From Candidatus Levyibacteriota bacterium (GTDB taxonomy: Bacteria; Patescibacteriota; Microgenomatia; Levybacterales; UBA12049): DNA of 64,000 nucleotides. Of this stretch, positions 62,446 through 64,000 are shown piece by piece. The stretch lies in assembly GCA_003152105.1 (NCBI GenBank), contig PLZJ01000002.1, positions 685,140 through 749,139 of the forward strand. The letters are read 5' to 3'. How positions within the stretch are numbered: the stretch's first letter is position 1; every line of letters begins with the position of its first letter. The notes under the pieces are model-generated. The model was not told the DNA's origin and did not search any database. It saw only the letters and a program-made list of their open reading frames with translations. A program made the translations under genes and the position numbers.

Positions 62446-63345
62446 CTACATGGAGCGTAAAATTTTAATTCTTTCTTCAATTGGTGGATGTGTATCAAAT
62501 AAAGATGAAAACCAGACTGATGCGCTTTTACCTTTAAATGGATTAACAATAAATAAATGAGCGGTTGCGTTTGATGCTGAATTTAATGGTCTAGTATCAC
62601 TGGAAATTTTCTCTAGCGCACTCGCTAAGCCTTCTGGATATCTTGTTAGTAGTGCTCCTGAGGCATCTGCTAAAAATTCTCTTTTTCTAGATATTGCCAG
62701 TTGAATAATAGTTGCAATAATAGGAGAAAGTATGGCAAATAAAATGCCCAGTACTAAAAAAACAGTGCCTAAACTATTGTTTCTATCATCGTTTTCTCGA
62801 ATATTTCCAAACCATAAATTATTCATAAATAAATTAGCAATTAAGGCTACAAATCCGACTAGTATGGCTACAATTCCCATAAGTCTGGTGTCATAGTTTT
62901 TAACATGAGATAATTCGTGGGCAATTACTCCTTCTAGCTCTACTTTATCTAGTTTTTGTAGAATTCCAGATGTTAAACAAACGACTGCATGACTCGGATC
63001 GCGTCCAGTAGCAAAGGCATTAGGTGATAAATCATCGATCATATAAATCTTAGGTTTCGGAAGTCCATCACCAATGCAAAGGTTTTCAACTAAATGATAT
63101 ATCTGTGGATTATCTTTTTCATCAATTAATTTTGCACCTGAAGTGGCAAGAACTATTTTATCAGAGTAGTAATAACTACCAATAGACATTACTCCGCTTA
63201 GAATTAGTCCAATTGCTACGTAACCTACGACATTACCTGTTGCTTTTCCAAACACAAATAAAATGGTAGTAATAAATACCACAAAAAGCACCATTATTAG
63301 TATGGTTTTCCACTTATTTTGAGAAATATTCGAATAAATATTCAT
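62446..63345 (-). CDS. htpX: Zinc metalloprotease HtpX (M48 family)
   Basis: HELSHVKNYD HExxH in a 4-TM scaffold; 299 aa. Confidence 0.85.
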   Translation of the reverse strand: MNIYSNISQNKWKTILIMVLFVVFITTILFVFGKATGNVVGYVAIGLILSGVMSIGSYYYSDKIVLATSGAKLIDEKDNPQIYHLVENLCIGDGLPKPKIYMIDDLSPNAFATGRDPSHAVVCLTSGILQKLDKVELEGVIAHELSHVKNYDTRLMGIVAILVGFVALIANLFMNNLWFGNIRENDDRNNSLGTVFLVLGILFAILSPIIATIIQLAISRKREFLADASGALLTRYPEGLASALEKISSDTRPLNSASNATAHLFIVNPFKGKSASVWFSSLFDTHPPIEERIKILRSM

Positions 63346-63384
63346 ACAAAAAATGCTTATAAACTATATGCACACAGAACGTAG

Positions 63385-63933
63385 TTAGAATTTAACAGCT
63401 ATTTCCTTTTTTTCAGAATCTGTAGCTGCAAAAAATTCCATTGGTACAAAATGAAGCATATTTGCAATAACAACATTTGGAAATACTTTAATTTTTGTGT
63501 TGTAATTCATTACGTTACTGTTATAAAACTGTCTTGCGTAGGCAATTTTATTTTCAGTGTCTTCTAATTCATCCTGTAGCTGTTTAAAGTTTTCATTTGC
63601 CTTTAGCGTTGGGTAGTTTTCAGCAACGGCAAATAAGCTTTTTAATGTTTGTGTCATTTGATTATTTGCTTGTGCTTTATCTTCAATTCCTTTTGCAGAA
63701 AGCATATTAGCGCGAGCTTTTGTAACATCCTCAAAAATTGCTTTTTCGTGTTTAGCATATCCTTTTACCGTTTCAACTAAGTTAGGTATCAAGTCAGCTC
63801 TTCTTTTAAGTTGAACATCTATCTGGGAAAATGCTTCAGAAATTCTTACTTTTGCAGTAACTAATCCATTATAGGTAACCCATAAATAGATAACTGCTAC
63901 CGCTAAAATACCAAGTAAAATATACATTGTCAT
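63385..63933 (-). CDS. lemA: LemA family protein
   Basis: N-terminal TM then [41 protein letters not shown], LemA signature. Paired with htpX, as is common. Confidence 0.8.
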   Translation of the reverse strand: MTMYILLGILAVAVIYLWVTYNGLVTAKVRISEAFSQIDVQLKRRADLIPNLVETVKGYAKHEKAIFEDVTKARANMLSAKGIEDKAQANNQMTQTLKSLFAVAENYPTLKANENFKQLQDELEDTENKIAYARQFYNSNVMNYNTKIKVFPNVVIANMLHFVPMEFFAATDSEKKEIAVKF

Positions 63934-64000
63934 ATTATTTTCACCTCCTTAGTTACGAATCCACTCTATAAGCTTATTATACGGCAAAGTATTTAAAATG

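Overview
This 64 kb window is AT-rich (about 30% GC by eye), gene-dense and almost entirely coding. It looks like a small-genome, low-GC bacterium, possibly of Patescibacteria/CPR type, but that lineage call is inference only. The standard genetic code fits, since long uninterrupted ORFs are present throughout.

The window has three parts:
- 1-12 kb, housekeeping: a SurA-like chaperone, an RsuA/RluB pseudouridine synthase, an FKBP, GreA, an EEP nuclease, IleRS, an FtsW/RodA protein, L21, L27, ParB, signal peptidase I and tRNA-Val(CAC).
- 12-46.3 kb, the main feature: a roughly 34 kb cell-surface glycosylation supercluster.
  - About eight to ten polytopic GT-C-like membrane proteins (ArnT/PMT_2-like and YfhO/COG5617-like), including two clear paralogues and one GT2-GT-C fusion protein.
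  - Four short GT2 proteins of the polyprenyl-phosphate-sugar synthase type.
  - Two GT4 proteins, a Wzx flippase, a Wzy_C/O-antigen-ligase-like protein and two family-3 acyltransferases.
  - Nucleotide-sugar enzymes: a 6-dehydrogenase and two extended SDRs.
  - Three SAM methyltransferases, one with the full architecture of an NDP-hexose C-methyltransferase (TylCIII-like).
- 46.3-64 kb, one long co-directional minus-strand block: LemA, HtpX, MurT/GatD (lipid II isoglutaminyl synthase), GatC/A/B, a GGDEF protein, DnaE, the complete F1Fo ATP synthase operon atpBEFHAGDC, then tRNA-Thr(CGU) abutting a membrane-anchored Ig-like surface protein.

I found no CRISPR array, transposase or integrase.
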